DNA of 64,000 nucleotides from Alphaproteobacteria bacterium (GTDB lineage: Bacteria; Pseudomonadota; Alphaproteobacteria; Bin95): NCBI GenBank assembly GCA_965205265.1, contig CBDBGH010000003.1, positions 1,664,001-1,728,000 on the forward strand. Reading direction: 5' to 3'. The notes under the pieces are model-generated. The model was not told the DNA's origin. It saw nothing but the letters and a program-made list of their open reading frames with translations, and made no database searches. The stretch's first letter is position 1. Every line of letters begins with the position of its first letter. Positions 1 through 9,700 of the stretch are shown here, in pieces. The position numbers and the translations under genes were made by a program.

Positions 1-86
1 TCCATGCGCTGCTTGACGATGCCCGTGGCGCCGCCATGGGCGGTGAGCAGGAAACCGGCGAGCAGGAGGATGGCCGTTCGCTTCAT
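1..86 (-). CDS. Partial CDS (N-terminus), probable cytochrome c'/c556-type periplasmic protein
   Basis: Reverse strand reads MKRTAILLLAGFLLTAHGGATGIVKQRM: signal peptide then an HGGATGIVKxRM segment typical of class II cytochromes c. Runs off the window, so no heme motif is visible. Confidence 0.55.
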   Translation of the reverse strand, partial: MKRTAILLLAGFLLTAHGGATGIVKQRM

Positions 87-149
87 TGCCGCAGCATCTG
101 CCGGTCCCGTTGACGGCGCAAGCGTCCGGGCCTAAAAGGCCGCTCCTTC

Positions 150-224
150 GGCGGGGTAGCTCAGCGGTAGAGCAGGGGAATCATAATCCCTTGGTCGGGG
201 GTTCAAATCCCTCCCCCGCTACCA
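150..224 (+). tRNA. tRNA with CAT anticodon, most likely elongator tRNA-Met
   Basis: Acceptor stem GGCGGGG/CCCCGCT, D arm TAGCTCAG, anticodon loop ATCATAA, T loop GGTTCAAATCC, encoded CCA. Lacks the initiator C1:A72 mismatch. Confidence 0.93.
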
Positions 225-272
225 GTGAAATCCATGCGTTGGACATTGAACGGGCCGGCGGCAGCCGGTCCC

Positions 273-1406
273 TCAAAGCTCCTCCAGCCTCCTGATGAAC
301 CCCCACTTGCGGGAATGCCGCCGCCGCAGGTCATCGAGCCGGTGCGTGAAGGCCGCCGCCGCGCCGTCCTCTTCCGCCAGCGCCTTCAGGTCGGACAACA
401 GCGCCGCGACCCGGTCGTAACCGCTGGCATGGCGCCTGTCGGCTTCGCTCTCGATCTCGTCCCACACCGCCCCGCCCCGCTGCCTGAGGGCGGCGATCCG
501 CGCGCGCTGCGCCTCTTCCGCTTCCCGCTCCTGCCGTAAGAGTTCGGCCTCGCGCCGTTCGGCTTCCGCCGCCTCCCTCTCCTCGTGAATGGCCGCCGCG
601 CGCCTTCGGAGATCGGACACGGTCCGGCGGGCCGTTCGCGCGGCGCTGTCCGACGCCGACGCGGCCTGTCTTGCGCGGCGCCGGACTTCCGCGCCCACAT
701 GCGGGTCGCCTTCGGCGGCGCGGCGAAGCAATTCCGTCTTCTCATCCTCGGACATGGCGGCGACAGCGGCTCCTATGGCGTCGGCCGACAGGTCGCCGTC
801 CGCAACGCCCCCATGCGCCTCCGCCGCGGCCTCGACGAGGTCGGAGTCGATGCGGAAGAATTCGGCGAAGGCGGTGAGCGCGCCGGTCAGCGGGCCGATA
901 CCCGGCAGGGGCTCGATTTCGTCGTCTTTCCGGCCGCCGAATTCCACCTCCGACAGCCATACCAGGTAAAGCAGGCGCAGGTCTCCCGAAAGCAGGTCCG
1001 CGCGAAGCGGCGCCAGGGCAGCGAGCCAGCCGGAGCCGTCGTCCCCGTCATAGTCTTCCGGCTCGCCGTCCTCGCAAATGTCGAGGATCAGCCAGTCGCC
1101 CGACTCGAACACTTCCGCCCAATTGCAGTCATGGAGAAAGGAGTCGAGCCGGGAGCGGTCGACCAGCCGCTTCGGCAGCCGGATCATGAACTGGCGCGTT
1201 CCCCAGTTGGCGAGATAGAGATGCAGGTCGAACCAGCGCGCCATGAGCTTGCGCGGATCGCCTCCGAAATCGCCCCAATTGTAGTGGTTGGCGAAGCTCG
1301 TGGCCGTAATGCGCGCCCGCGACGACAAGGCCCGTAGCGCCTCCCTGTCCGCCTCGTCGAGCGGGCGGTCAACCGCCTGGAACTCCAGATACTGGTATTC
1401 GCTCAA
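273..1406 (-). CDS. Conserved hypothetical protein (MSEYQYxEF N-terminus, C-terminal coiled coil)
   Basis: TTG start at 1406 preceded by GGGGGAG. Begins SEYQYLEFQAVDRPL, a recurrent N-terminus in uncharacterised proteins; E/R-rich coiled coil near the C-terminus. Confidence 0.75.
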   Translation of the reverse strand: MSEYQYLEFQAVDRPLDEADREALRALSSRARITATSFANHYNWGDFGGDPRKLMARWFDLHLYLANWGTRQFMIRLPKRLVDRSRLDSFLHDCNWAEVFESGDWLILDICEDGEPEDYDGDDGSGWLAALAPLRADLLSGDLRLLYLVWLSEVEFGGRKDDEIEPLPGIGPLTGALTAFAEFFRIDSDLVEAAAEAHGGVADGDLSADAIGAAVAAMSEDEKTELLRRAAEGDPHVGAEVRRRARQAASASDSAARTARRTVSDLRRRAAAIHEEREAAEAERREAELLRQEREAEEAQRARIAALRQRGGAVWDEIESEADRRHASGYDRVAALLSDLKALAEEDGAAAAFTHRLDDLRRRHSRKWGFIRRLEEL

Positions 1407-1485
1407 GGCTCCCCCCTTGGCGACTTGCCCGATGTCCCGTGATATTGTGAACCCCGGCGTCCGAACGCCGCAAAGGCAGGGACAG

Positions 1486-1743
1486 ATGGACAAGCCGAAA
1501 ACGAGCGTTTCCGACACGGCACCGGGCGCCGGGCTGTTCGGACGCCTTTCCGGCAGGGCGAAAAGAAACAAATCCCTGACGGCCGTATCGGCGATAATAG
1601 TGGCCGTTGTGGGCTTGTCGTCCTTAATGGCATTGACCGATTCGGAAAATTCTCCAAGCCTTCTCGTAGTCCTGTTTGTGCTCGTAACAATTGGCCTCTT
1701 TTGCACTCTCGGCGTAATTTTCAATGCTCTGGATGACAAATAG
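1486..1743 (+). CDS. Small 85-aa protein with two predicted TM helices, AT-richer than flanks
   Basis: ATG after AGGGA. Hydrophobic stretches AVSAIIVAVVGLSSLMAL and LLVVLFVLVTIGLFCTLGVIF. Confidence 0.6.
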   Translation: MDKPKTSVSDTAPGAGLFGRLSGRAKRNKSLTAVSAIIVAVVGLSSLMALTDSENSPSLLVVLFVLVTIGLFCTLGVIFNALDDK

Positions 1744-1801
1744 GCTCGCCCCTTTCCGCCTTCGTCGAGAAGGCCTCCACGGGGGGCAATCGGAGTGGAA
1801 A

Positions 1802-1834
1802 GCCGGCGGCAGCGGAGGGCTCCGCCGCCGCCGG
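1802..1834 (-). terminator. Intrinsic terminator-like hairpin after the HACL/OXC gene
   Basis: CCGGCGGCAGCGGA pairs with TCCGCCGCCGCCGG; short T-runs flank it on both strands. Confidence 0.6.
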
Positions 1835-1842
1835 AATTTGCG

Positions 1843-3501
1843 TCAGGTCGTCAGCCAGCCGAACTGCTGCGGCTTGCGGCCGGCTTGCGGGTGCAGGCGG
1901 ACATTGACGAGCGCCGGGCCGTCGAAGGCAGTCGCCGCGTCCAGCGTCGCCGGCAGGTCCGCCGGGTCTTCGACAAAAGCCCCGAAGCCGCCGAACGCCT
2001 CCATCATCTTGTCGTAGCGCGCGCCGTAGATGAGCACGCCGGCCGGGTTGTCGAACGGGTCCTCGGGATATTCCGGGATGCCCTGCCCGATGCCGCCATT
2101 GTTCAGCACCACGATCTTGATCGGCAGCTTGTAGCGGCAGGCCGTCTCGATCTCCATGCCGGAGAAGCCGATGGCGGAGTCGCCGGAAACCGAGATGATC
2201 GGGCGGTCCGGATGGACCACCGCCGCCGCGACGGCGAAGCCCATGCCGATGCCCATGGTGCCGTAGCTGCCGGCGTCGAGGCGCAGGCGCGGCGCAGCGT
2301 TGGACAGCTGGGTGCGCCCGATATCCATGGTGTTGGCGCCCTCGCCGACGATGACCGCGTCGTCGCCGGCCCAGGCGCTGATGTCCTTGAGCGCGCGGTA
2401 ATAGTTGGTCGGCGTGGAATCGTCCTCCAGCATCGGGCGGATCTGCTCGGCATTGCCCGCCGCCTTCTCCGCAATCGCGCGGCGCCAGTCCGTATCGGCC
2501 GGGTAGAACCACTGCCGGCCCCCGAGCGCCGCGTTCAGCTGGCCGACAATCGCCTTGCCGTCGCCCACCAGCGCCACCTCCGTCGGCACATTGTTGCCGA
2601 TGGCTTCCGGCGAGATGTCGAGCTGGACGACGCGCACCTTCTTGTTGAAGCGCGGCGGCTTGCCGAAATGCATGATCCAGTTGAACCGCGCGCCCATCAG
2701 GAAGACCACGTCCGCCTCGCGGAGCGCATGGCTGCGCGCGGCGCCCACGGACAGCGGATGGTTGTCGTCGATCACGCCCTTGCCGAGCGGGGACGCAAGG
2801 AACGGCACCTGGGTGCGCTCGATGAAGGCGCGGACCTCGTCCTCGGCGCGCGACCACGCCATGCCCTTGCCGACGATGACCAATGGACGCTCGGCGGATT
2901 CGAGCGCGTCCAGCGCCGCCTCGATGTCCTCACCCATCGCCTGCATCCGGGGCGGATCGGCCACCGGAGCCGCCTCGTAGATGTCGTCTTCCTCGACCGC
3001 CTCCTGGATGATGTCGTCCGGCATGTCGAGATAGACCGGGCCCGGCCGGCCGTAGATCGAGGTGCGCACGGCCTTCTCGACATAGAACGGGATGCGCCGG
3101 GCGTGCTCGACCGCATGTGCGAACTTGCAGTAAGGCGCGGCGAGCTGGACCTGGTTCTCCTCCTGGAACGCGCCCATGCCGTTCTGATAGACCGGCGAAG
3201 CGCCGCCGATCAGGATCATCGGCCAGCAGTTCTGCTCGGCATTGGCGAGGCCGGCGAGCGCGTGGATGACACCCGGTCCGGAGACCGTGAGGCACGCGCC
3301 GGGGCGCCCGGTCAGGTAACCGGCAGCCTGCGCGGCATAGGACGCCGCCTGCTCATTGCGCATGCCGACATATTTTATGCCGACCTCCTGCGCCGCCTTC
3401 GCGATCGGCTGCACCGGAAAGCCGACGATGCCGAACATGTATTCGACGCCGTGCTTCTTGAGTTCGCGCGCCATGATCTCCGCGCCGGTCGAAGTGCCCA
3501 T
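1843..3501 (-). CDS. ThDP-dependent 2-hydroxyacyl-CoA lyase / oxalyl-CoA decarboxylase family
   Basis: MRNEQAA catalytic Glu, RLDAGSYGTMGIG, GDSAIGFSGME...NNGG ThDP motif, C-terminal RKPQQFGW. Confidence 0.9.
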   Translation of the reverse strand: MGTSTGAEIMARELKKHGVEYMFGIVGFPVQPIAKAAQEVGIKYVGMRNEQAASYAAQAAGYLTGRPGACLTVSGPGVIHALAGLANAEQNCWPMILIGGASPVYQNGMGAFQEENQVQLAAPYCKFAHAVEHARRIPFYVEKAVRTSIYGRPGPVYLDMPDDIIQEAVEEDDIYEAAPVADPPRMQAMGEDIEAALDALESAERPLVIVGKGMAWSRAEDEVRAFIERTQVPFLASPLGKGVIDDNHPLSVGAARSHALREADVVFLMGARFNWIMHFGKPPRFNKKVRVVQLDISPEAIGNNVPTEVALVGDGKAIVGQLNAALGGRQWFYPADTDWRRAIAEKAAGNAEQIRPMLEDDSTPTNYYRALKDISAWAGDDAVIVGEGANTMDIGRTQLSNAAPRLRLDAGSYGTMGIGMGFAVAAAVVHPDRPIISVSGDSAIGFSGMEIETACRYKLPIKIVVLNNGGIGQGIPEYPEDPFDNPAGVLIYGARYDKMMEAFGGFGAFVEDPADLPATLDAATAFDGPALVNVRLHPQAGRKPQQFGWLTT

Positions 3502-3569
3502 CTTTCTCCATGTCCTTCTGAGGGGGTTCGGGCGAACCTAGCAGCGCGTGTCCCGCCATGTCATCCCGC

Positions 3570-4712
3570 TCATCGGCCTGCTCGGCCCGCTGCAAAGGCC
3601 GTAAGCCGCGCCGATACGGCTTCCGGCCGCTCCTGCTGGACCCAGTGGCCCGCCCCCTCGATCAGCCAGGTGCCCGCCCAGCGGGCCGCGCGTTCCTCCA
3701 TTGCCTCGAGCGCGCCGGGGCTCTGGTAAACGCCCCAGTCGGCCGCACCCGAAATGAAGCAGGCCGGAACCTCGAAACGGCGCCCGGAATAGAGCTCGTG
3801 CTCGCGGTCGAACAGCCCGCTCGTCCGGCAGCGATACCAGTTCAGCCCGCCCTGGAAGCCGGTGCGCTCGTATTCCTGCGCATAGACCGCGAGTTCCGCG
3901 TCGGGCAGCCAGCGGCAGGCAGCGATTTGCTCCGCGTCCGGCATTTCCCCAGCCACCGTCTCCGCCATCGTCCGGTCGAGGTCCATGATGTAGTAGGTCG
4001 GCATCCGGGCCAGCTCCCCGGCGGTCCATCCCGCCAGCCGGAAGGGGCGGTTCCCGGCCCAGTCGGCGCTCTTGTGGTGGAAATAGGCCCTGAGGAAAGC
4101 ATGGACGCCCTGCGGGCAATCCTGCATGTCGGCATTCGCCTGCCGGGTCGAGTAGTACCAGTGGTAGTGCTTGCGCGGCCGGTCCAGCGCCGACAGGTCG
4201 TCATGGATGGACCTTGCCGGCGGTGGTTGCGGCGAAATGTCCGGCGGTCCCGGAAACGGCGCGCTCATCAGCGCCAGCCTGCGGAAGATGTCGGGCCGGA
4301 TCAGCGCCGCCCACGCCGCCACCGATGCGCCGTAGTCGTGCCCGGCCAACAGCGCCGCCTCCCGGTGGCCGATTGAGTCCAGCAGGCCCATGACATCGCG
4401 CACGAGGTTGAAGAGCCGGTAGGGTGCGAGGTCTCCGTCATAGTCCGCGTCCCAGCCGGTCGTGCGCCCGTAGCCGCGCTGGTCCGGCGCAACGACTTGG
4501 TAGCCCGCCTCCGCAAGCGCCGGCATGACGCGCCGCCAGCTATAGGCCAGCTCCGGGAAGCCGTGCAGCAGCAGGGCGCATGGCCGGCCGGGCTCCTCGA
4601 AGCCGGCTTCGAGGAAGTGCATGTCGAGCCCGTTGCCATTCGCCGCCATGCGCGAGCGAATGCCGGGCGGCAGGGGAACCCGTCCGTAGGCGGTGTCTCG
4701 GTCTTCAAGCAT
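3570..4712 (-). CDS. Epoxide hydrolase-like alpha/beta hydrolase
   Basis: HGFPE, GHDYGA nucleophile elbow, GAGHWVQQE. Confidence 0.9.
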   Translation of the reverse strand: MLEDRDTAYGRVPLPPGIRSRMAANGNGLDMHFLEAGFEEPGRPCALLLHGFPELAYSWRRVMPALAEAGYQVVAPDQRGYGRTTGWDADYDGDLAPYRLFNLVRDVMGLLDSIGHREAALLAGHDYGASVAAWAALIRPDIFRRLALMSAPFPGPPDISPQPPPARSIHDDLSALDRPRKHYHWYYSTRQANADMQDCPQGVHAFLRAYFHHKSADWAGNRPFRLAGWTAGELARMPTYYIMDLDRTMAETVAGEMPDAEQIAACRWLPDAELAVYAQEYERTGFQGGLNWYRCRTSGLFDREHELYSGRRFEVPACFISGAADWGVYQSPGALEAMEERAARWAGTWLIEGAGHWVQQERPEAVSARLTAFAAGRAGR

Positions 4713-4804
4713 CCGGGCATCCTAGCCCGGTTCGCGCCCGCCCTTGCCAGCACGCAAGCCGTGGCGCAGACTTTCCGCCGGTTTCCATCCGACGGGAAAT
4801 GCCG

Positions 4805-5107
4805 ATGACCGCCTATCTGATCGTCCGCGCCGAGGTGCCCGAGAACGACCGGGACGCCTTCGACCGCTGGTATGCCGACGAGCACCTGCCGGATGCGAAG
4901 GCGGCGTTCAGCGTCGAAAAGGCGTTTCGCGGCTGGGGCGACGACGGCGCGCATGTCGCCTTCTACCGCTTCGCCGATCTCGCGGCCGCCGAGAAGGCCA
5001 CGGGCTCGAAGGCGATCGGGGAGCTCATCGCGGAATTCGACCGGGTCTGGCAGGACCGCGTCACCCGCACGCGCCGGGTCGTCGATATCGCGCAGGTGCT
5101 GGACTGA
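4805..5107 (+). CDS. Small EthD-like / dimeric alpha-beta barrel protein
   Basis: MTAYLIVRAEV...FDRWYADEHLPDA motif; lies directly upstream of the TauD-family gene. Confidence 0.7.
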   Translation: MTAYLIVRAEVPENDRDAFDRWYADEHLPDAKAAFSVEKAFRGWGDDGAHVAFYRFADLAAAEKATGSKAIGELIAEFDRVWQDRVTRTRRVVDIAQVLD

Positions 5108-5132
5108 GCGGCCGAAGGGGAGGAGTTCGATC

Positions 5133-5999
5133 ATGGCCTATCGGCATATAGACGTAAGGACGCTCACGCCGGCCGTCGGGGCCGAGATTCGCGGCGTGGA
5201 CCTTCGCGAGCCGCTGTCGGACGAAACATTCGGCGAAGTGCGGTCCGCGTTCCTCCGCCACCAGGTGGTGTTCTTCAAGGAGCAGAACGCGCTCACGCCC
5301 GACCAGCAGGTCGCCTTCGCCCGGCGCTTCGGCGGCCTTCACCTGCATCCGGCCGCGCCGCATCTGGAAGGCCGCCCGGAAATCTTCGTGATCCATACCC
5401 ACAAGGACTCGAAGATCGCGAACGGCAACGATTGGCACACCGACGTTTCCTGCGACGAGGAACCGCCGCTCGGCACGATGCTGCAATTGCACAAACTGCC
5501 GAGCCAGGGAGGCGACACGCTGTTCGCCAGCATGTATGCGGCCTGGGACGCGCTCTCCGGGCCGATGCAGGCGTTTCTGGAGACCCTGACCGCCCGCCAC
5601 GAGTCCGAGCACATTTATCGGGGCCGCTATTCGGACCGGAATGTGGACGACACCGGAAAGGTCTATCCGGAGACCACCCATCCGGTCGTTCGCACCCATC
5701 CGGAAACCGGACTCCGCGCGCTTTATGTCAACCGCGCCTTCACCACGCGTATCGAAGAACTGGGCGCGGCCGAGAGCAAAGCCCTGCTCAAGTTCCTGTT
5801 CGAACATATGGAGCAGGAGCGCTTCCAGGTCCGCTTCAAGTGGGAGGTCAACGACTTGGCCTTCTGGGACAATCGCTGCCTCCAGCACCATGCCATGTGG
5901 GATTACTGGCCGGAGGAGCGCAAGGGCCACCGCGTGACCGTACAGGGCGACCGCCCCTACCTCGCCCCGCTCGAGCTCCCGGCGGAGGCCGCCGAGTAA
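5133..5999 (+). CDS. TauD/TfdA family Fe(II)/2-oxoglutarate dioxygenase
   Basis: RBS GGAGGAG; WHTD, GGDTLF, HPVVRTHPETG, WDNRCLQHHA. Confidence 0.92.
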   Translation: MAYRHIDVRTLTPAVGAEIRGVDLREPLSDETFGEVRSAFLRHQVVFFKEQNALTPDQQVAFARRFGGLHLHPAAPHLEGRPEIFVIHTHKDSKIANGNDWHTDVSCDEEPPLGTMLQLHKLPSQGGDTLFASMYAAWDALSGPMQAFLETLTARHESEHIYRGRYSDRNVDDTGKVYPETTHPVVRTHPETGLRALYVNRAFTTRIEELGAAESKALLKFLFEHMEQERFQVRFKWEVNDLAFWDNRCLQHHAMWDYWPEERKGHRVTVQGDRPYLAPLELPAEAAE

Positions 6000-6071
6000 G
6001 GCCGCTTCCGCCGCGGACGAACGGCACCGCCCGTGCGTATCGGGACAGGACCGAAGGCATCGCCCCCCCTT

Positions 6072-6610
6072 TTCCCGTCATGCCCGACCCCCCTTATCGT
6101 CATGCCCGGATTTGTTCCATTGCTGTCCGGTTTAGCCATTGGGCGAGGCTGAACGGGAGTCCGCCGGGGGTTTCGGGCGCGCGCGGCGTCTGCGATCCGC
6201 CCCTTGCCCGTGAGGCCCGAATGCCCCCTTCGACAGGCTCAGGGCAGGCTCCTTCGACAGGCTCAGGGCAGACTCTTTGGTCATACCCGGACTTGTTCCG
6301 GGTATCTCTCTCAAGCGGCTCCACCGGGCGGCCGTATGGATGCCCGGAACAAGTCCGGGCATGACGATATGGGGGGCGGGCATGACGGGAACAGGGCCGG
6401 GCCGCCGGGCGTCGATCCGAGTCCCGATCCCGCCGAACCCCTCGAAACCCGCTTGAATCCAAGCCATGCGCTCTGTCCACCAAATCTAAGCCGGACAGCA
6501 GTGGACTTGTTCCGGGTATCTCCCGCCACAGCTTCCGTCGGACGGCCGCATGGATACCCGGAACAAGTCCGGGCATGACGGAAGAGCCTGTCGAAGGGGA
6601 CGTTCAGGCA
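6072..6610. repeat. Composite cluster of REP-like palindromes (two families)
   Basis: GTCAT(G/A)CCCGGA(C/T)TTGTTCCGGGTATC units at 6099, 6280 and 6503, with inverted partners at 6336-6365 and 6550-6579. CCTTCGACAGGCTCAGGGCA tandem at 6227 and 6251, with an inverted partial copy at 6584-6598. Confidence 0.9.
6119..6502. mobile_element. Putative non-autonomous MITE-like element inserted in a REP palindrome
   Basis: 17-bp TIRs ATTGCTGTCCGGTTTAG (6119-6135) and CTAAGCCGGACAGCAGT (6486-6502), 2 mismatches. Flanked by direct repeats GGATTTGTTCC (6108-6118) and GGACTTGTTCC (6503-6513). Confidence 0.6.
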
Positions 6611-6750
6611 TGATCGAAAGGGAGCGGATCGGAGACGCCGCGCGGTTTTCCCGCCCGCCGATTTCTGCGCTTTTGTGGGTAAATCGCTCGCTCCGGGCGG
6701 GCGAATCCGGTTAGGACCCGGCTGACCGACAGTCAGGGAGTCCGGGTTCG

Positions 6751-9700
6751 ATGCCTCATGCCGATTTCGTGCATCTCAGGGTGCATTCCGCCTACTCGCT
6801 GTCGGAAGGGGCGGTTCGGATCGAGGACCTGGTTTCGCTCTGCAAACGGTCCCGCATGCCGGCGGTTGCGGTCACGGACAGCGGCAATCTTTTCGGCGCG
6901 ATGGAATTCGCTGTCTATGCCTCGCAAGCCGGCGTCCAGCCTATCGTCGGCACGCTGCTTGCAGTCGGCGATACACCCCGTCGTCATACGCGGCACGACG
7001 ACGAGCCGGCGCCGATCCTGCTGCTGGCGCAGAACGAAACCGGTTACCGCAACCTGCTGGAGCTCGTCACTGCCTCCTTCCTGGAAACGCCCGGAACGGA
7101 AGCGCCGCATGTCGAGTGGAGCCGCCTCGAAGGCCGCACGGACGGCGTGATCGCGCTGAGCGGCGGGCCGCGCGGGCCCGTCGGCCGCGCGCTTGCGGAA
7201 GGCCGGACGGAGCTTGCGCGCCAGCTGCTGGAACGCCTGTCCGGGCTGTTTCCGGGGCGCCTCTATGTCGAGCTGATGCGCCATGGCGATGGCGGGCGCC
7301 CGGAGGAAGAAGAAGCGTCGATAGAGCTCGCCTATGCGCTGGACCTGCCGCTGGTCGCCACCAACGATGTGCATTTCGGCGCGGAGGACGACTACGAGGC
7401 GCACGATGCGCTGCTCTGCATCGCGTCTGCGCGCCGGGTCGAGGAGGAAGACCGGCCGCGCCTGACGCCGGACCATCGCTTCAAGACCGCCGAAGAGATG
7501 CGCGCGCTCTTCGCCGACCTGCCCGAAGCCGCCGACAACACGCTGGCCATAGCGCGGCGCTGCGCCTTCATGCCGACCGAGTCGGAGCCGATCCTGCCGG
7601 CCTTCGATCCCGGTGTGGACGAAGCGGAGGAGTTGCGCCGCCTGGCGCGCGAGGGCCTGGAGGGGCGGCTGGCCGAGCATGTCTTCCCGCAGGGCGCCGG
7701 CGAGGAAGACGCAAAGCCCTATCGCGAACGGCTCGAATACGAACTCGGTGTCATCGTCGACATGAAGTTTCCGGGCTATTTCCTGATCGTTTCCGAGTTC
7801 ATCCGCTGGGCGAAGAGTAAGGACATTCCGGTCGGACCGGGCCGCGGGTCCGGGGCGGGGTCGGTTGTCGCCTGGGCCCTGCAGATCACCGATCTGGACC
7901 CGCTGCGCTGGGGGCTCCTGTTCGAGCGCTTCCTCAATCCCGAACGCGTCTCGATGCCGGACTTCGATATCGACTTCTGCCAGGACCGGCGCGATGAGGT
8001 CATCGCCCATGTCCAGGACCGCTACGGCCACGACCGGGTGGCGCAGATCATCACCTTCGGCAAGCTGCAGGCGCGCGCCGCGCTCCGCGATGTCGGCCGC
8101 GTGCTCGGCATGCCGTTCGGGCAGGTGGACCGGATCAGCAAGCTGGTGCCGCACAACCCCGCGAACCCACCGAAGCTGGAAGACGCCGTCGCCAACGAGC
8201 CAGCCCTGCAGACCATGCGGGACGAGGACGAGACCGTCCGCCAGCTCATCCATCTGGCGCTCAAGCTCGAAGGGCTCTACCGGCACGCCTCGACCCATGC
8301 GGCGGGCGTGGTGATTGCGGACCGGCCGTTGCAGCATATCGCCCCGCTCTATCGGGACCGCGGCTCCTCCGACATTCCGGCGGTGCAATTCAGCATGAAA
8401 TGGGCGGAAGCGTCCGGCCTTGTCAAATTCGATTTCCTCGGCCTCAAGACGCTAACGGTTCTCGAAGATGCCCGCAAAATGTTGGCGGAAAAGGGCCTTG
8501 AAATCGACCTTCTGAAACTGCCGCTCGACGACAAAAAAACCTTTGAAATGCTCTCGAGAGGGGAGACTGTCGGCGTGTTCCAGATGGAAGGAGCGGGCAT
8601 GCGGGATACGCTGAAAAAACTGAAACCGACCCGGTTCGAGGACCTGATTGCCGTCGTTGCGCTTTACCGTCCCGGACCGATGGAGAATATCCCGACTTAC
8701 ATCAAGAGAAAGCATGGAAAGGAAGGCATAGACTACATGTATGAAACCCTCCAGCCGATATTGGAGGAAACATACGGCATTATAATTTACCAGGAACAGG
8801 TGATGCAAATTGCGCAGGTCCTGTCCGGTTACACGCTCGGAGGCGCGGATTTGCTGCGCCGCGCCATGGGCAAGAAAATCCAGTCGGAAATGGACGCCCA
8901 GAGAGAGACCTTCATCAATGGGGCGGTTTCGCGCGGCGTCGAGCCTAAATTGGCTGAAAAGATATTCAACCTGGTGGACAAGTTTGCAGGCTACGGCTTC
9001 AACAAATCCCATGCCGCCGCCTACGCGCTTATCGCCTACCAGACGGCCTGGCTCAAGGCCAACCATCCGGTCGAGTTCATGGCCGCGTCCATGACCCATG
9101 AGCTCGGCAATACGGACAAGCTCGCCCCCCTGCTTCGCGAGCTGGACAGGATGGACGTCGCGCTGCTGCCCCCGGACGTGCAGCATTCCGGCGCCCTCTT
9201 CCAGGTCGAGGCGGCGCCGGACGGCACGCCCGCCATCCGCTACGCCCTGGCCGCGGTCAAGTCCGTCGGCAGGGCCGCCATGGAGGCGGTGGAGAAGGAG
9301 CGCGGGTCCGGCGGCCCCTTCAAGAGCCCGTTCGACTTTGCCGGGCGGCTCGGCCCGAGAGCTTTGAACTCTCGGCTGCTGGAAAAGCTCGCGGAGGCCG
9401 GAGCCTTCGACTCGCTGGAGCCGGACCGGGCGCGCGTCTTCGCCGGCGCGGAAATGCTGATGCGCCACGCGGCCGTCGAGGAAGAGGAGCGGACGACCAA
9501 CCAGACCAACCTCTTCGGCGCCGTCGAGGATTTCGTGCCGGACCCGAAACTGCCCAACGCTCCGAATTGGGAGCCGATGGAGCGCCTCCAGCATGAATTC
9601 GACGCCACCGGCTTCTACCTGTCCGCCCATCCGCTGGACGAGTACGAACGCTATTTCCCGCGCCTGCGCGTCGAACCGATCCGGGCCCTGCCGGGCCTGG

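Noticed and set aside
1407-1739. N-terminal 111 aa of the 488-aa ORF
   Set aside because: The family-like sequence starts at TTG 1406 with its own RBS, and the extension overlaps a more plausible opposite-strand membrane ORF.
6072-6610. Possible CRISPR array, or coding ORFs within the repeat cluster
   Set aside because: Repeats are inverted doublets with irregular spacing and there are no cas genes. The ORFs are translations of palindromes (MPGLVPGIH, LSLSK).
8385-9010. Intein or intron in dnaE explaining the low-GC patch
   Set aside because: The protein has normal length and is colinear with DnaE through this region, with no splicing motifs.
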